Source: Hemiscyllium ocellatum
Lineage: Eukaryota
NCBI RefSeq assembly: GCF_020745735.1
Contig: NC_083437.1
Location: 30,628,001-30,692,000, forward strand
DNA: 64,000 bases
Reading direction: 5' to 3'
The notes beneath the pieces were generated by a model that saw only the letters and a list, made by a program, of their open reading frames with translations, was not told where the DNA came from and ran no database searches. Made by a program: the position numbers and the translations under genes. Shown here piece by piece: positions 36,553 to 50,675 of this stretch; position 1 is the stretch's first letter; the number at the start of each line of letters is the position of its first letter.

Positions 36553-38961
36553 ACCACCAATTCTTGTGTTAACCAAATCACACAGCAGCTTAGAAAATAT
36601 GTTACTGTATAAAGTTCAGTACATTACTTTTTGGTTTTTAAAAAATGATCTACAAGTAATTTTAAATTTGTTTCTGTGGCTGTGAAAACTATCAATGCAA
36701 ACAGACTGTTAATCTTACCTGTACCTTTTACACATGAGATCTGTGTCCAATTTCTAATTACTATGTAGGTAGAGTCACTCTTTGATTTTATTGGAATCTA
36801 TCAAAGATAGACTGACTGTGCACTTGCATCAATGTGAATTGATCAGAGACAGTCAGCATGGGTTGTGATAGGGAGGTCATATCTGATTATCTGGTTGAAT
36901 GTCTGGCACAGCATGGAGTGCCTTTCACTGCCCAATGGCATGGACTGGCTGGAATCTGCAGTTGGAGGAAAAAGATTGGGCTTCGCACAAGTGACCCAAT
37001 AACCATAATAATGCAGAATTTTCAGGTGAATGCCACTGTCTTGTAAAATTAAATTCCTATTGTGCACCCAGAAGACTAAGTACGGATTATTAGTCAGAGC
37101 AACAGTGTCAGGTGAAAGCATAGACAAAAGAATAATGAATGTAAAAACATAGTCAAACCTAAATTAATAATTGCATCTTCCCTACCACATGAGCTCTGGG
37201 CCCAAGGGGAGCCCCTGTTCACTGGCAGTGTAATTGCTACATACTGACAGCATCAAATCAGTCAGTCAAGTAAAGCTCATTGATTAAATTTGACATTTCT
37301 TTCGCAGTTGTAATTATTACCCACACACACACAGAGGCGCATTCAGTGGTGCACACAAACAGCAGCAAGCCATTAAAAGAATACTTCTGCTGACAACCTG
37401 CCATCTGTGACAGCCTCAGCATCAACATACAAGACTCTGCAGTTCTCAAATACACATTGCCCAGAGAATCATTGGATTTGCAATAAATGTAAATCTCCTG
37501 ATAGAACCACCTAAAATTTTCAGTGATGGGCAGTCAACCTTGGGAAAATGCAAGCCAGAACCGCTGCAAGTCACACAGAAAACTTAACAATATCCTCATC
37601 TCCATGAATCATTATGACAACACTAATTTCAATATCTAACTTTTGATGCTTAGCTTGACCACCCCTCATGGAGGAAGGATCAGATAAACATAGGGGCTTT
37701 CAGCAAGGACTAAATTAAAAACACTTCACAGGACAAAGCAAAAATAGACACATCACATAACGCACAGATCTCACTAAAACATTTCAGACCTATACCATGG
37801 TCTCCATATTCCATAATGCAACATAACAAGGTAAACTTGCTTTACAGAGAATGCTTAGTATGTAGAATTTTCAGCCATGAACCACTACTGAAGGGGAGAC
37901 TGGGAAGCTTTTCTTAAAAAAAAGGTGTTGAACTTGGCAGCCCATCCTCCAGTGCACTACAGCTGCAGTGTGTGCCATCTACAAGATGCACTGCAGCAAA
38001 GCACCATGGCTTCTTCAAGAGCACGTCCCACACCTGCAACCTGGGCCACCTCAAAGAAAAAGGGCAGCAGATGCATAGGAACACCACGGCCTACAAGTTT
38101 CCCTTCAAGTCACACACCATCCTGACTTGCAACTATATTGCTACTCTCTCTGTGTCACTGGGAGTTCCTAATAATACTTACACCACGAGATTGGAGGAGT
38201 TCAAGTAGGTGTTTCACCAACACCTGGTTAAACATGGGTAATAAATGCTGATCTTTCCATAGTCCACCAACCAATGAAATGGAAACAGAACACAGTAAAA
38301 CAAAAATGTTAAAAATCTATGGTGAATATAGGAGTTGGATTATATTTGGTGTCTCATATGGAGGAAAACACTGGCACCATCAGAATTAAGTGGCCTGTTT
38401 TGCTGCTGTAATATTCTGGAATGGCAAAGCAAAAAAAAAAAAATCATTCATTTATTAAAGCAAAATATTCAGCGCTGAAAATTGGAAACAAAAAACAGTA
38501 AGTGACATAAAGGAGATCAGCATTTGTTGCAAGGAAAGACTGTATGGATCCTCCAACAAAGCTAAAATATCAGGTTCAGGTACAGCTTGGGCACTGAAAC
38601 AATGCATTCAAAAGGTGTTAGCAGGCTCAGCATCAACTATTCAATCACATATTTCCAATATAGCAGAAATAAATCTTTCTAATCTCTAGATAGCTGGATG
38701 TTTGTTAAATCATTCTTCCAATTCACTAATCATAGCTTAATTTTACATGCTGCTTTTATTTGCAATATCCATTTCTCCATTCAGCTGAGATCAAGCCCCT
38801 CCTTCCCTCTCAATCCTGTTTCCACAACAAGGACAAATTGAGTTTGATCATTATGTTTCTGATCATTCTCCTCTAAATTAGAAAATCCAATTTCACAAGG
38901 TCTTGGCATTCTGCAAATTGATGACATGTTAACACACAAAAAACCATTGAAGTCTCAATAC

Positions 38962-39061
38962 CTGAATCCTCCATTAGTGAAGGGTCAACTTTTGGGGACA
39001 GGAAAGCAATGAAGAGGTTGAGGTGGTAAATCCCCAAGGCGTACGTCACAATGTACCATCC
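38962..39061 (-). CDS. RER1: RER1 coding exon 3 (100 nt)
   Basis: GWYIVTYALGIYHLNLFIAFLSPKVDPSLMEDS; AG/GT. Confidence 0.97.
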
Positions 39062-39941
39062 CTGAACAATTTAAAAAAATCACAAATTAGCATCAAAACA
39101 GTGTTCTAAGGGACATCTATCTTTAAAATGTCACAGATAGCTACAGAACATATTCAAAAGGAAAACGGAATATGGAAATCAAAGTACCAGATGTGGAGTA
39201 CCAGTTTTGATTCCATGCATCACACCCGAGAAAGAATAAATTAGTCTTGGAGGTTGTGTGGCATAGATTTACTAAAATGATGTCTGAAATAATCTTCAGA
39301 ATTCTTGCTCCTAAAGAGCCACAAATTACTGCTGTAGGTGGACGATATGTGCATTCAACCATGATGTTCAGTGTAGTCAAAACATCTACTATCTGAATTT
39401 GTACAGGATGTGGGAAGACTCCTAAAGGTGCAAATAATATGCATTGATGCACCTCAATAGGGTAAGCCTATTCAGGAGATCAAATTAGAAGTGGAAGAGT
39501 GAAGACAAATGGAATGTTTGCTAGAAATTGGATGATATTAGATCTAAAACTAGTCTACTATAATAATACTTGCCACATTCTCCAATTAGTAAGGATTTGT
39601 TCAGTGCCATGCTCAAAACACAATGGTAATTGGTTTGCTTCACTGGCTTTTCCTCTATTTGTTACCTCAATGTTGCACTCAGTTCAGGGCCAATAGGTAA
39701 GAAATGGGGCATATTTACTTTCTGGCACAGGAACTCATTCCATTAGTCTGACCTGGATTTGATGCAAAATCAAAAGTCACAAAATCAGAGGGCATAGTGC
39801 TACTACTTTGTCCCTTATTCTGTGCCCCCTCCTCAAATTCTCAACAAAAAGAAGTTTGCAGAAGTTTGCTCCTCAGTTTTCTGAAGATCACATGAAATGG
39901 ATTTTGTTGCAGCCAGAGTTACAGCACAGGCATATACTCAC

Positions 39942-40046
39942 CTGCAGGATATAAACTCTAATCATGTAGACTGCACCAAAGACAAATGTTACAATCCATC
40001 GGATAATGCCATAGGGTGTGGACTTGTCTAAGAAGGACTGGTAGAT
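39942..40046 (-). CDS. RER1: RER1 coding exon 2 (105 nt)
   Basis: IYQSFLDKSTPYGIIRWIVTFVFGAVYMIRVYILQ; AG / GTGAG. Confidence 0.97.
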
Positions 40047-40714
40047 CTACAAAAGAACATTTTTAAAGATTTCAGTATTTACTTTGTTGATCTTTCCTTT
40101 AAACAGATTAATATACTACCTCATCAGGGAACAATCTTCAAACTAGGAAGCTGTTGTGTTAACTTATCTTGACCTAGGACAGCTGCTGAGTTGCTACAAC
40201 GATCTCAGGGAAACTTGAGCTAATGGGAAAAAAAGGGGGGAATGTTACACAAGGATTCCTTCTGAAATAAAAACAGAAATTGCAGGCAAAGATCAGCAGG
40301 TCTGGGTGCACGTGTGGAAAGAAAACAGAGTTAACGTCTCAAGTCTGGTGATGCTTCATGGGAACTGTTCTGAAGAGAAGTCACTGAACTCAAAACATTA
40401 ACTCTGATTTCTTCCCACACATCCTACAAGACCTGCTGACTTTTGCCAGCAATTTCTCTTTTTGTTTCAGATCTCCAGCATCTGCAGTTGTTCTATGTTT
40501 TGTCTTAGATTCCTTCTGAAAGTCGTTTGTATGGATATCAGGTAAGAACTGGGAGATCTGTGTTCCCTCTCTTTCCTTTTATAATCTAATAGTTTGCCAA
40601 CATAACAACTATGTGGGCAGCATGACAGGAATTTAACGGTGGAAATATACCCTAGGATAAATCTGTGCCCTCTTTACAGAAAGTTTAAGAAAAGTGTTTT
40701 CTCTGAACCATCAA

Positions 40715-42372
40715 CCACAAATATTTCACATCAGTATTTACTGTGGAGAAAGTTATGGAAGCTAGGGAACTCACAGCGATAAATATTGAGGTCTTGAAAA
40801 ACGTCCGCATTAGAGAAGGAGGTGCTGGAGGTTTTAAAAAGAAAAAAGGTAGATAAAACTCCAGGTCCTGATAAAGTGTATCCCAGGACATTGCGGGAAG
40901 CTAGGGAAGAAATTCCAGGGCCCCTAGCAGAGATTATTGCAACATCTACAGCCACAGGTAAGGTGCTAGAAGACTGGACAGTGGCTCATGTTGTTTCTTT
41001 ATTTAAGAAGGGCTCCAAGAGAAGCTTTGAAACTACAGACCGATGATTCTAATGTCAGTGGTGAATAAGTTGTTAGAGGGGATTCTGAGAGACAATTTAC
41101 ATGCAATTTGAAAAAGCATAGATTGATTACGGATAGTCAGCTTGGCTTTGTGTGTGGGAAATTATGTGTCTCAAACTTGATTGAATTTATGAGCATATGG
41201 CCAAGAAGATGGATGAGGGCAGAGTGTTAGACATTGTCTACATGGACTTGAGCAAGGCCTTTGACAAGGTTCCATATGATAGACTGGTTGATAAAATTAG
41301 ATCACATGGGTTCCAGGGAGAGCTTGCCAAACTGATACAAAATTGGCTTGACAGTAGGTGACAGAGCATGGTGGTGATGGAGGATTGTTCTTCAGATTAG
41401 AGGTCTCTGACAGGCGGTGTTCCACAGAGACTGGTGGTGGATCCACTGTTGTTTTTCATTTATATAAATGATTTGGAGGAGAATATAGCAAGCATGGTTA
41501 TTAAGTTTGCAGATAACACCAAAACTGGTGGTATAGTAGACAGTGAAGGAGGTTATCTAAGAGTACAATGGGATCTTAAATATCTGGGTCAATGGGCTGA
41601 GGAATGGCAGATGGAGTTTAATTTAGGTAAATGTGAGGCATTTTGGTAAAATGAACTAGGGCAGAACTTACACAGTTAGTGGCAGAGCCCTGGGAAATGT
41701 TGTTGAACAGAGGGGCCTAGAGGTTCAGGCACATAGTTCCTTGAAAGTTGCGTCACAGGTAGATAGGGTGGTGAAGAAGGCATTTGGCATACTTGCTCAG
41801 GTCATTGAGTATAGGAGCTGGGACGTCATGTTGTGTTTGTACAAAATGTTGGTGAGGCCACTTTTGGAATAGTGTGTGCAGTTCTGGTCACCAAGTTATA
41901 GGAGGGATATTATTAAATTGGAATGGGTGCAGAAAAGATTTACCAGAATGTTGCCAGGACTGGAGGGTTTGAGATATAAGTAGATGCTGGATAGGCTGGG
42001 ATTTTGTTCATTGGAACGTAGAAGTTTGTGGGGTGATCTTATAGAGATTTATAAAATCATGAGGGACATCGATAAAGTGAATAGCAAAGGTTAAGGGAGT
42101 TCGAAACAAGAGGGCATAATTTTAAAGTGAGAAAAGGAAGATTTAAAAGGGAACTGAGGGGCAACCTTTTCACACAGGGTAGTTCGTAAATGAAATGGAC
42201 TGCCAGAGGAAGTGGTCAATGCAGGTACAGTTACAAGATTTAAATCATTTGGACAGGTACTTGAATAGGAAAGGTTTAGAGGGGCATGGGACAAAAGCAG
42301 GCAAATGAGACTAGTTTAGTTTGGGAAACCTGGTTGGCATGAAGGGTCTGTTTCTGTGCTGTATGACTGTAC
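40715..42372 (+). mobile_element. Decayed 5'-truncated CR1
   Basis: KTPGPDKVYPR, YINDL..FADN and a CR1 3' UTR; many stops. Confidence 0.9.
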
Positions 42373-42442
42373 GCCTCAAAGTGCACATTTTTTGTGCCAA
42401 AAATTTCTCAATGATATTCTCAAAATGGATAGAAGTGGAGTT

Positions 42443-42540
42443 CAGAGCTGAAAATGTGTTACTGGAAAAGCGCAGCAGGTCAGGCAGCATCCAAAGAGCA
42501 GGAGACTCAACGTTTCGGGCATGAGCCCTTCTTCAGGAAT
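42443..42540 (-). mobile_element. Family A single-arm element with hammerhead core (42509-42536)
   Basis: Minus strand AUUC-CUGAAGA-A-GGGC-UCAU-GCCC-GAAA-C-GUU-GA. Confidence 0.8.
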
Positions 42541-42599
42541 GGAATTCACTCCTATTCAATAACTAATTTAAGAGGGAAGAAAGAAGGATGATGTCTTAC

Positions 42600-42680
42600 C
42601 TGTCCAATCTGCGTAAAAAACCTGCTGATTGCTGATGGTTTCCCGTGAATGGCATCTCCACTGCTGTCCCCTTCTGACAT
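42600..42680 (-). CDS. RER1: RER1 coding exon 1 (81 nt; exon extends 7 nt into the 5' UTR to 42687)
   Basis: MSEGDSSGDAIHGKPSAISRFFTQIGQ; TAG acceptor at 42688-42690; donor GTAAG. Confidence 0.97.
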
Positions 42681-42769
42681 AATGTTTCTAATAGAATAAC
42701 AAAATATTTTGAGAGTTGGGACACTTCTGTTTTCATTAACAGTTTAGATCATATTACCAACCCTCTCCA

Positions 42770-42798
<29 letters not shown>
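42770..42798. repeat. C29 homopolymer (G29 on the RER1 sense strand)
   Basis: Directly visible. Confidence 0.9.
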
Positions 42799-42800
<2 letters not shown>

Positions 42801-43124
42801 ATCAGTGCATTTCCACCAGTTCCCGGTCGCTTCATTTACTGTCCCTCTCCCCAACTCTGGTTAACTGTAATACCTACCACCAGAGGTACAAGTCCCAAAA
42901 ATATAGAACTCCTTCCCTAATCCCCTTCATTATGTTACATCTTGTTCCCTTCAAACATTTCCTTAAAACTCTCACACCACATTTTCAGTTTTTACTCCTT
43001 GCTCCCTCTTCTTGTTGAAGTTTGACAGACTATAATAAACCTTCTTGATATGTTACACAAGTGCTTAATAAATGCAAGATACTGTTGTTTCATCACCCTC
43101 AATGCTAAACACTATCAATTCCAA

Positions 43125-43312
43125 GGAGAAAGTGAGGACTGCAGATGCTGGAGATCAGAGCTGAAAATGTGTTGCTAGAAAAGCGCAGCAGGTCAGGCAG
43201 TATCGAAGGAGCAGGAAAATCGACGTTTCGGGCACGAGCCCGAAGAAGGGGCTTCCTGAAGAAGGGCTCATGCCCGAAACGCGATTCTCCTACTCCTTGG
43301 ATGCTGCCTGAC
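43125..43312. mobile_element. Family A foldback mini-element
   Basis: Inverted arms with two opposed, damaged hammerhead cores. Confidence 0.8.
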
Positions 43313-43856
43313 TAAAAATTCCAACCCCATTCCAATACCTCTTTTTCCTCACATAATTGGAAGATTGTTAACTGGACTAACAGTACAGAGTATATAAATT
43401 CATATCCCCAACCTGACAAACTACAAAACAAAAAATAATGAAATCTGTGGGCCAGCATGAGAAGAAATGCTCAAAGTTTGCTGGACTGTGCCGCAAATCA
43501 ACTGGTTCATCAGTGCAACTCATGAAAGAGAAGGAAACCCATTATCCTTCCAATTTGTATACCATCCTTCTCAGACATTGACACAATACCCTCAAGGAAC
43601 CTAGGAATGATTAATAAATACAGCTTTGTGACAATTGCCCAGCCCAAAATCAATTAAAAATATTCTGTGTTGGATTTTCACAATATCAACTGCAGTGCTG
43701 ATTTTACATACAAAAGCAACTAACATTCCTAATTTAATTGAAGTTTTATAACTTAGACAATAAAATCACTTCCTTCGTTGCTGATATCCTAAACTCAGAC
43801 TTTAAAACAGGGTTATTGAGAATGCAAAAATCTACAGCCTGTCTGTACACTCTTTC

Positions 43857-43884
43857 CTGATGAAGGGCTCTGGCCCGAAACGTC
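43857..43884 (+). ncRNA. Minimal hammerhead core in a family A element (43854-43982)
   Basis: UUC-CUGAUGA-A-GGGC-UCUG-GCCC-GAAA-C-GUC-GAA, with UUC/GAA able to form stem I; flanking duplication CTGTACACTC (43844-43853 / 43983-43992). Confidence 0.75.
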
Positions 43885-45619
43885 GAATTTCCTGTTCCTT
43901 GGATGCTGCCTAACCTGCTGTGCTTTAACTAGCAACACATTTTCAGCTCTGATCTCCAGCATCTGCAGACCTCACTTTTTACCTGTACACTCATCCAGCC
44001 AGAGTTCCAGAGCAAGGGCTGTACAGAAACTGCAAACAATGAGATATTCTTGTCTGACAAGATGGCTCAATGTTACAGTGCCTTGTATCTTGGCTGAGAG
44101 CTCAGGGAGCAACAACACACCCTTTCTTTTACCAAGTGCACAATGATGCTCAGCTAATGAATGATCAGATGTCATAAGGGAGCCTTTCTCTGAGGAAATA
44201 CAAGTGAAGGAGTTCGCCTCAAGCAACAGGGTAGCACTAACCAATTTCTGAGGAAGGGTCACTCAACCAGAAATGTTAACTCTGATTCTCTCCATAGATG
44301 CTGCCAGACCTGTTGAACTTTTCTCGCAATTTCTATTTTAATTTCTGATTTACAGTATCCACAGTCCTTTCTGTTTTTATTGAGCAAAGGTTTCAGAGGA
44401 AAATGGAGGAAGTTGGGGCAGTTCAGATTTCTATCATGAGTATTTCCACTCTGTTCACAAGTCTGATGAGAAGTCAATTATTTTTCAGGAAAATGGTCCA
44501 CTCAATATCCAAATTCTACAATGGTCAGAACTACTTAACTTTAATATAGGAATCCATTGTTGCCAGTGTTTTGGGATGACATCCCATGATTACACTCAGT
44601 CACGTGAAAAGATCAACAGTAGTTGGTGATGGAACAACAAAATTTCTTTTTGTTTTACTGATCCAATTTTAACTGGAATCAAAGCCACCAAAATAGCCAG
44701 CCTTTTTAGCCTCTGAATCAGATTGCCAATTTGTGTTGAATTAGCAGTAATCTGGTACCACAGTAGGTAACTGGGCCTGAAAGATCAAAAAACGTTATAG
44801 TTTCTTCTGCAAATGGGCTGCAAAGGGACTTGAACCCAGGATAATATTTACTCCAACAGAGATTACGTGAAGCCCAATGTCACAGGTACAGAAACCGATT
44901 GGGAAGTGGACAGAATCAGATAATAATTAGACACACAACGTAAAACTAGCAGTCAATAATCAAAGAATCAGAAGGTCTCAGTCCAATGGTAACACACTCC
45001 TATTATTTAAAATCAACCATATCATTGCCTGTTCTAACTTGGTCTTTGTCAACGAATTCCCACCTCCCCCAGCCTTCTGTTCCTCCTGGGTGTCAGCACT
45101 GACAATGGATGCACTCTGGAATGTAATAAGATGGTTGCGGGCTGCAGAATGATCCAAAGAAACACTTCAACAGAACACTAAGGGAGTGCTGCATTGTCAG
45201 GGGTGCCATCTTTGAGGTAAGACATTAAACAGAGACCAGTTGCTGTTCTTAACCAACAATTCCTAAAACAGATTAATTGTTACAGCAAATCATTTGTGGT
45301 AGCTTTTGTGAAAATTGGCTAGCACATTTCAGAAATGCTTCACTGAAGTGCTTTGGGATACTCTCTGATGCTGAAAGATGCTCTACAAATGAAACGTTCC
45401 TACTCTCTCAAATGCTGAGAGAAAAATGAAAGCAATATGAAGAGTGAGAAATGAGAATGCTCCTGGGAATGCAGTAACTGAAATCAATAAGAATCTGAAT
45501 GCTCATGTGAGGAAGTACAAAAAATTAATATATCAAAAGGAAGAAAGGATGTGTGGAACATGACTGCGCAAATCACACAAGCACAAAAGTGAAACAGCTA
45601 ATCCAATTACTGTTAGGTA

Positions 45620-47570
45620 CTTACACACAATGGCTATCATTAGAGGAAATGTTCTAGGGAAAATAATGGGCCTAAAAGCCAATAAGTACCCTGAATATGG
45701 TGGGATATATCCTTGGATATTAATAGAATTGTCTCAAGAGCACAGATGCACTGGCTGTAACTTTCCAAGAATCCTTCAATTTTAGAAAAGTCCTGGAGGA
45801 TTGGAAAATTGCCAATATAACTTTATATAGAAAGGGAAGGAGTCAAAAATAAACAGGTGAATTTAGGGCAGTTAACTTAAGTATGTTGCTGGTAAAATTT
45901 TAGAGTCTATTATAAATGATGTAATAACAGAGCATTTAGAATTACATAGTATGATCAAGCACAGTAGCATGGCTTCATGAAGGGAAAGTCATGTCTGACA
46001 AACTTACTAGAAACCTTTGAGGAAGTAACAAGCAGGATAGATGAAGGGGAAATAGTGGATGTAACACTTCTGGATTTTCAGAAGGAATTTGGTAGGGTCT
46101 AACCTTATTAAGTAGCCTAAGTGTGTGAGGTAGTAAACTAGCATGGATAGAGAATAGCTAATTAACTAAAAAACAGAAAAGGGTCCTGTGTTCAGAAGAA
46201 TCGACGTTTCTCCTGCTCTTTGGATGCTGCCTGACCTGCTGGAAAAGCACAGCAACACATTTTCAGCTTTGATCTCCAGCATCTGCAGTCCTCACTTTCT
46301 TCTGTGTTCAGATCCTAGCTGCTCCAGAAGTGTGTCATAACATCTCTGAACCCATTGATTAGCAATATATAGAAGATAGAGTTGTGAGAAGGAGGGCATT
46401 TTCAGGACTGTCATCTCTAACGAGTGGAGTGCCCCAGAGATCAGTGCTGGGGCCACAATTATTTATAATATATTACCACCTTGGATGATGAAAGTGAAAA
46501 TGCTGTAGCCGAGTTTGTGGTTGACACCAAAAATAAATGGAAAGGCAGGTGGTGAGGATAGCAAACTGTACAGAGAGATATTGATATGTTAAGCAAATTG
46601 GCAAAAATCTGGTAGATGGAATGTAATGTGGGAAAATGTAAAGTTATGCATTTTGGTAGGCAGAATAGAGCTGAATATTAATTAAATTCCGAAGTATTAC
46701 AGAAAGCTACAGCACGGAGGGATCTGGGAGTCCTTATGCATTAATTTCAAAAAGATAGCACACAAATTCAGCAGGTAATAGGGAAGCAATAGAACGTTGG
46801 CATTTATTTAATAGGGAATGAGTATAAAAACAAGCAAGATTTGCTGAAACTATGCAAGGCACTAGTCAGACCTCAGCTGGAATACTTAGAGCAGTTCTGG
46901 GTCCCTTATCTGAGGTAAGATATACTGGCATTGGAAACAGTCCAGAGAAGGTTCAGTAGACTGATCCAGGTATGCAAGGACTGTCTTTTGAGGGGAAGTT
47001 GAGCAAATTAGGCTTGTACTCATTGATGCAGGAAAATTGACGTTTCAGGTAAAAGCCCTTCATCAGGAATTCCTGAAGGGCTTTTGCCCGAAACATCAAT
47101 TTTCCTGCTCCTCGGATGCTGCCTGAACTGCTGTGCTTTTCCAGAACCACTCTAATCCAGATCTGGTTTCCAGCATCTGCAGTCATTGTTTTTACCTTGT
47201 ACTCATTGGTGTTTAGAAAAATGAGAGACCTAATTGAAACATACAAGATTCTTAGGGGATTTGACAGGTTAGATGCAAAGTGGTTGCTTCCCCTTGTGAG
47301 AGAGTCTAGATCACAGGGCATTATCTCTGAATAATTTAAGTCAGAGATGGGGTGGAATTTCCTCTCAGAGAACAATGAGTTTGTGGAATTCTTTATCACA
47401 GAGGGCTGTAGAGGCTGGGTTGTTAAGTATATTCAAAGCTGAGACAGACAGATTTTTAATCAGTAAGGGAATTGAGGGTTGTGGAGAAAGACTGGAAAGT
47501 GGATTTGAGATCATCAGATCAGCCATGATGTCACTGAGAGTGACAGCAGTCTCAATGGGCTGAATAATAA
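45620..47570 (+). mobile_element. Old CR1 containing two nested family A mini-elements (~46198-46301 and ~47026-47196)
   Basis: Decayed CR1 RT; inserts flanked by CTGTGTTCAGA and TTGTACTCATTG duplications. Confidence 0.85.
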
Positions 47571-49601
47571 CTTGTTCCTGCTCCCATGTTGATGGTCTAG
47601 GTATAAACACATAAATCGGGAGAAGGCCTCTTGGCTGTTTTTTAAAATCATGATTCAATTAAGATCAAGGCTGGTCTTATGTTGACCTCAAATATGTTTG
47701 GCTGCCTCCCCCAATTCCCTTTTGAGTCTCTTGTTAGTCAAGAATCCATTTATCCCATCATACAAATATTCAAGACCCCACCTCCACCATCTTCTGGAAG
47801 AGTTCCACAGACACATAACCCTCAGAGCAAATCTCAACTCTGTCTTAAATAGGAGATCTTTCATTTTTAAAATGTTCTACATATGTATTTTTGAACTTAG
47901 ATCAGAAATAAATTGCTCTGAATCCAGGACAACTTTCAACTGCTTTGCAAATGAGACAGGAAGGAGCCAGTTTAGGATGGAGCAAGAAAGTGATATTTAC
48001 TGCTGAACTTTTCCTGTTTCCCAAACAACAAAATGCTTGTTGTGATGGTGACACTTTTTTTGGAGGGGTCGGGAGAAGGAAGGATACCAAGGGATGAAAA
48101 AGGGCAGACAGATCACAACAATGTCACTTCCTGACATGTAGTTCAAAGGTAATGCTGTTCATTATTTAAATATATAAGTAACAATTGGGTGTGAAACTGA
48201 GGAGGGCATACAATTTCTAAATTTGAAATGGAATGAATGATACATAGAAAATATTTAAGAGAAACTAAATGACAACATTTTCAGTTCTTGACAAACCAGC
48301 TTTTGGCAAAGCTGGGTGAAATTCAACAAAACTGTTAATGAACTCACCGCAATTTGGCAGATGGAACACTTGCACTGAAAACTTGTCAGCCACATTACTC
48401 AGTATGCAGCCTTAACTGTGATAAGCAGCTCCACATGGGACAACTAACAAAGTCTAATAGCGCCTACACTGTTCCAAAAAAAAGCACAAGCACTCTCCAA
48501 TATACCAGAATGGTTCTGCATATGAAGGTCACACGAATACTGCTAAACAATTCCCAACTGATTTTCCAAAATGATACTGGGGCTAAAAAGGTTAAATTGA
48601 GGGCAAGTTTCATAGCCTCTACAGTCCAGAGGATTAAGGGTGATTTAGTTGAGGTGCTTATGATGATTAAAAGATTTAGTGGGCTGGAGTGAAATTCATT
48701 CTTCTGAAGGATTTAGACAATTCAAATGAGTTGAGGGTTTTTGTGGTGCAGCGGTAGTGCCCCTATCTCTGAGACCAGAGATCTGTGTTCAAGTCCCACC
48801 TGCTCCAGAGGTGTGTCCTAATCAACCTGTTCAATGATGTTAGGAAATATCTTCAAAATGAGTTTACCTTCACCAGAAGTGGATTTTTAACTGAAAGAGA
48901 AAAAAATTACATTGTTCCAGGCAACTGCTAACAGTAAAATTCTGAGTCAGACTGACTGAATTCATCCACCTTTCTCAGAATACTGCAAAAGATGGAACAG
49001 AGATACCATTGCTGAAGAATCAAAAACAAAATTACATTGTTGAACTTTCAAAAGGGGCGGTGCTTGTATATGCAGGACACAAAAGTATGACCCTTATCTT
49101 GGCTTCAAGTTGAGGTCAAAGGTATCTCAACTTTAAACAACTTCACTCAAGCAATTCAAACATTCAACAAACTTACTGGAGAGAAGTGTGAAATACAAAA
49201 TTAAAAGAAAATATTGCTTATTTTACTGCTATGGTTGTCTTCTGTGGTCATTGCCTTTCAAACATAAATTATTATTCTACACACTTCCCTCAAACATATT
49301 TGATGTATCACTGTTGTTTACTTCACATTCTTACAGAACCTGATAAAAAGGTGATTAAGTGCAGGAGAGAATGAAACCACTGAACATATAAACAGCTGCC
49401 CACCACTTTAGCGCATAGAAACCTTCCTACCCCCCTCATACTGCTGCTTTAGAACATAGTGTGCTTGAACAGAATCACACCATTCTTACATCCAACAATT
49501 GACAGTTTTGTTAAAAAATTTCTCAAGTTTTCATGTTTCTTCTCTCTTATTCACTGCTATTGGGTTGTGGTTCCACAGGCACCAGCCACCTCCAATAAAC
49601 A

Positions 49602-49900
49602 ATTAGATTACTTACAATGTGGAAACAGGCCCTTCGGCCCAACAAGTCCACACCGACCCGCCGAAGCGCAACCCACCCAAACCCCTACATTTACCCCTTA
49701 CCTAACACTACGGGCAATTTAGCATGGCCAATTCACCTGACCCGCACATCTTTGGACTGTAGGAGGAAACCGGAGCACCCGGAGGAAACCCACGCAGACA
49801 CGGGGAGAACGTGCAAACTCCACACAGTCAGTCGCCTGAGTCGGGAATTGAACCCGGGTCTCGGGCGCTGTGTGACAGCAGTGCTAACCACTGTGCCACC
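49602..49900 (-). mobile_element. Young HE1-type V-SINE
   Basis: A/B boxes, V-domain, (TAATC)n tail. Confidence 0.95.
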
Positions 49901-50675
49901 CACGAGTCTCAGCCAACCATTTATGAGCAAACCTTCGATCAGCTAGTCAGTGCAGGTGGATCTGACTCCCAGTACACAAGCACACTTCACAGCTGGGCCA
50001 CCACCTTGTGATTAAGAACAATATCTAGGCTCATTTTCCTTCTTTAACCTCAGTGGACCTGAAGACCAATTTTAGCACTTCTGAGATCAGCTATCACACA
50101 ATAGACTGGGAAATGAATCAGAGATTTTCCCACTGTTTTCTTCGTAAAATACAAAACATTACTTGATATGGTGACACTTGGTCAGCTTTAGAGGCCACAA
50201 TCCAACGTTTATCAGATATTGTTACGATGCAAACCAGAATCTCGATCTCCACAATAGGTTGGTCTGTTACTGTAGAGGTCACAATTTGATTTTCTCCCAT
50301 CAAGATAATGTGTTACTGTGAAGGTCAAGGTCTATAATGTCTACTATCAGAATAGTGTTGTTAAGCAGCTACAGCAAGAACATAGAGTTTAAAAACAAGG
50401 AAGTAATGTTAAATTTAAATCAATGGTTTAGCAATAATTGCAGTAGCATGTGTAGCACTAGGTGTAGAAAGGGGATTGGAAACATGGAAAGGGAAAGGTT
50501 TCACTAAAGTAACAAGATTCAGTCATCGTTATGGAGAAAACAGAGGCCAAAAAATCATCCTGCTGGAACTAGTGAAGGTGGGAAAGTAGGATGTAATCAA
50601 GTTTTTCAATCGTGAGAAAGATTTCAAGCAGCAATAGATTTTAGCAAACTGTTTCAACATTAAAACAAGGGGGAC

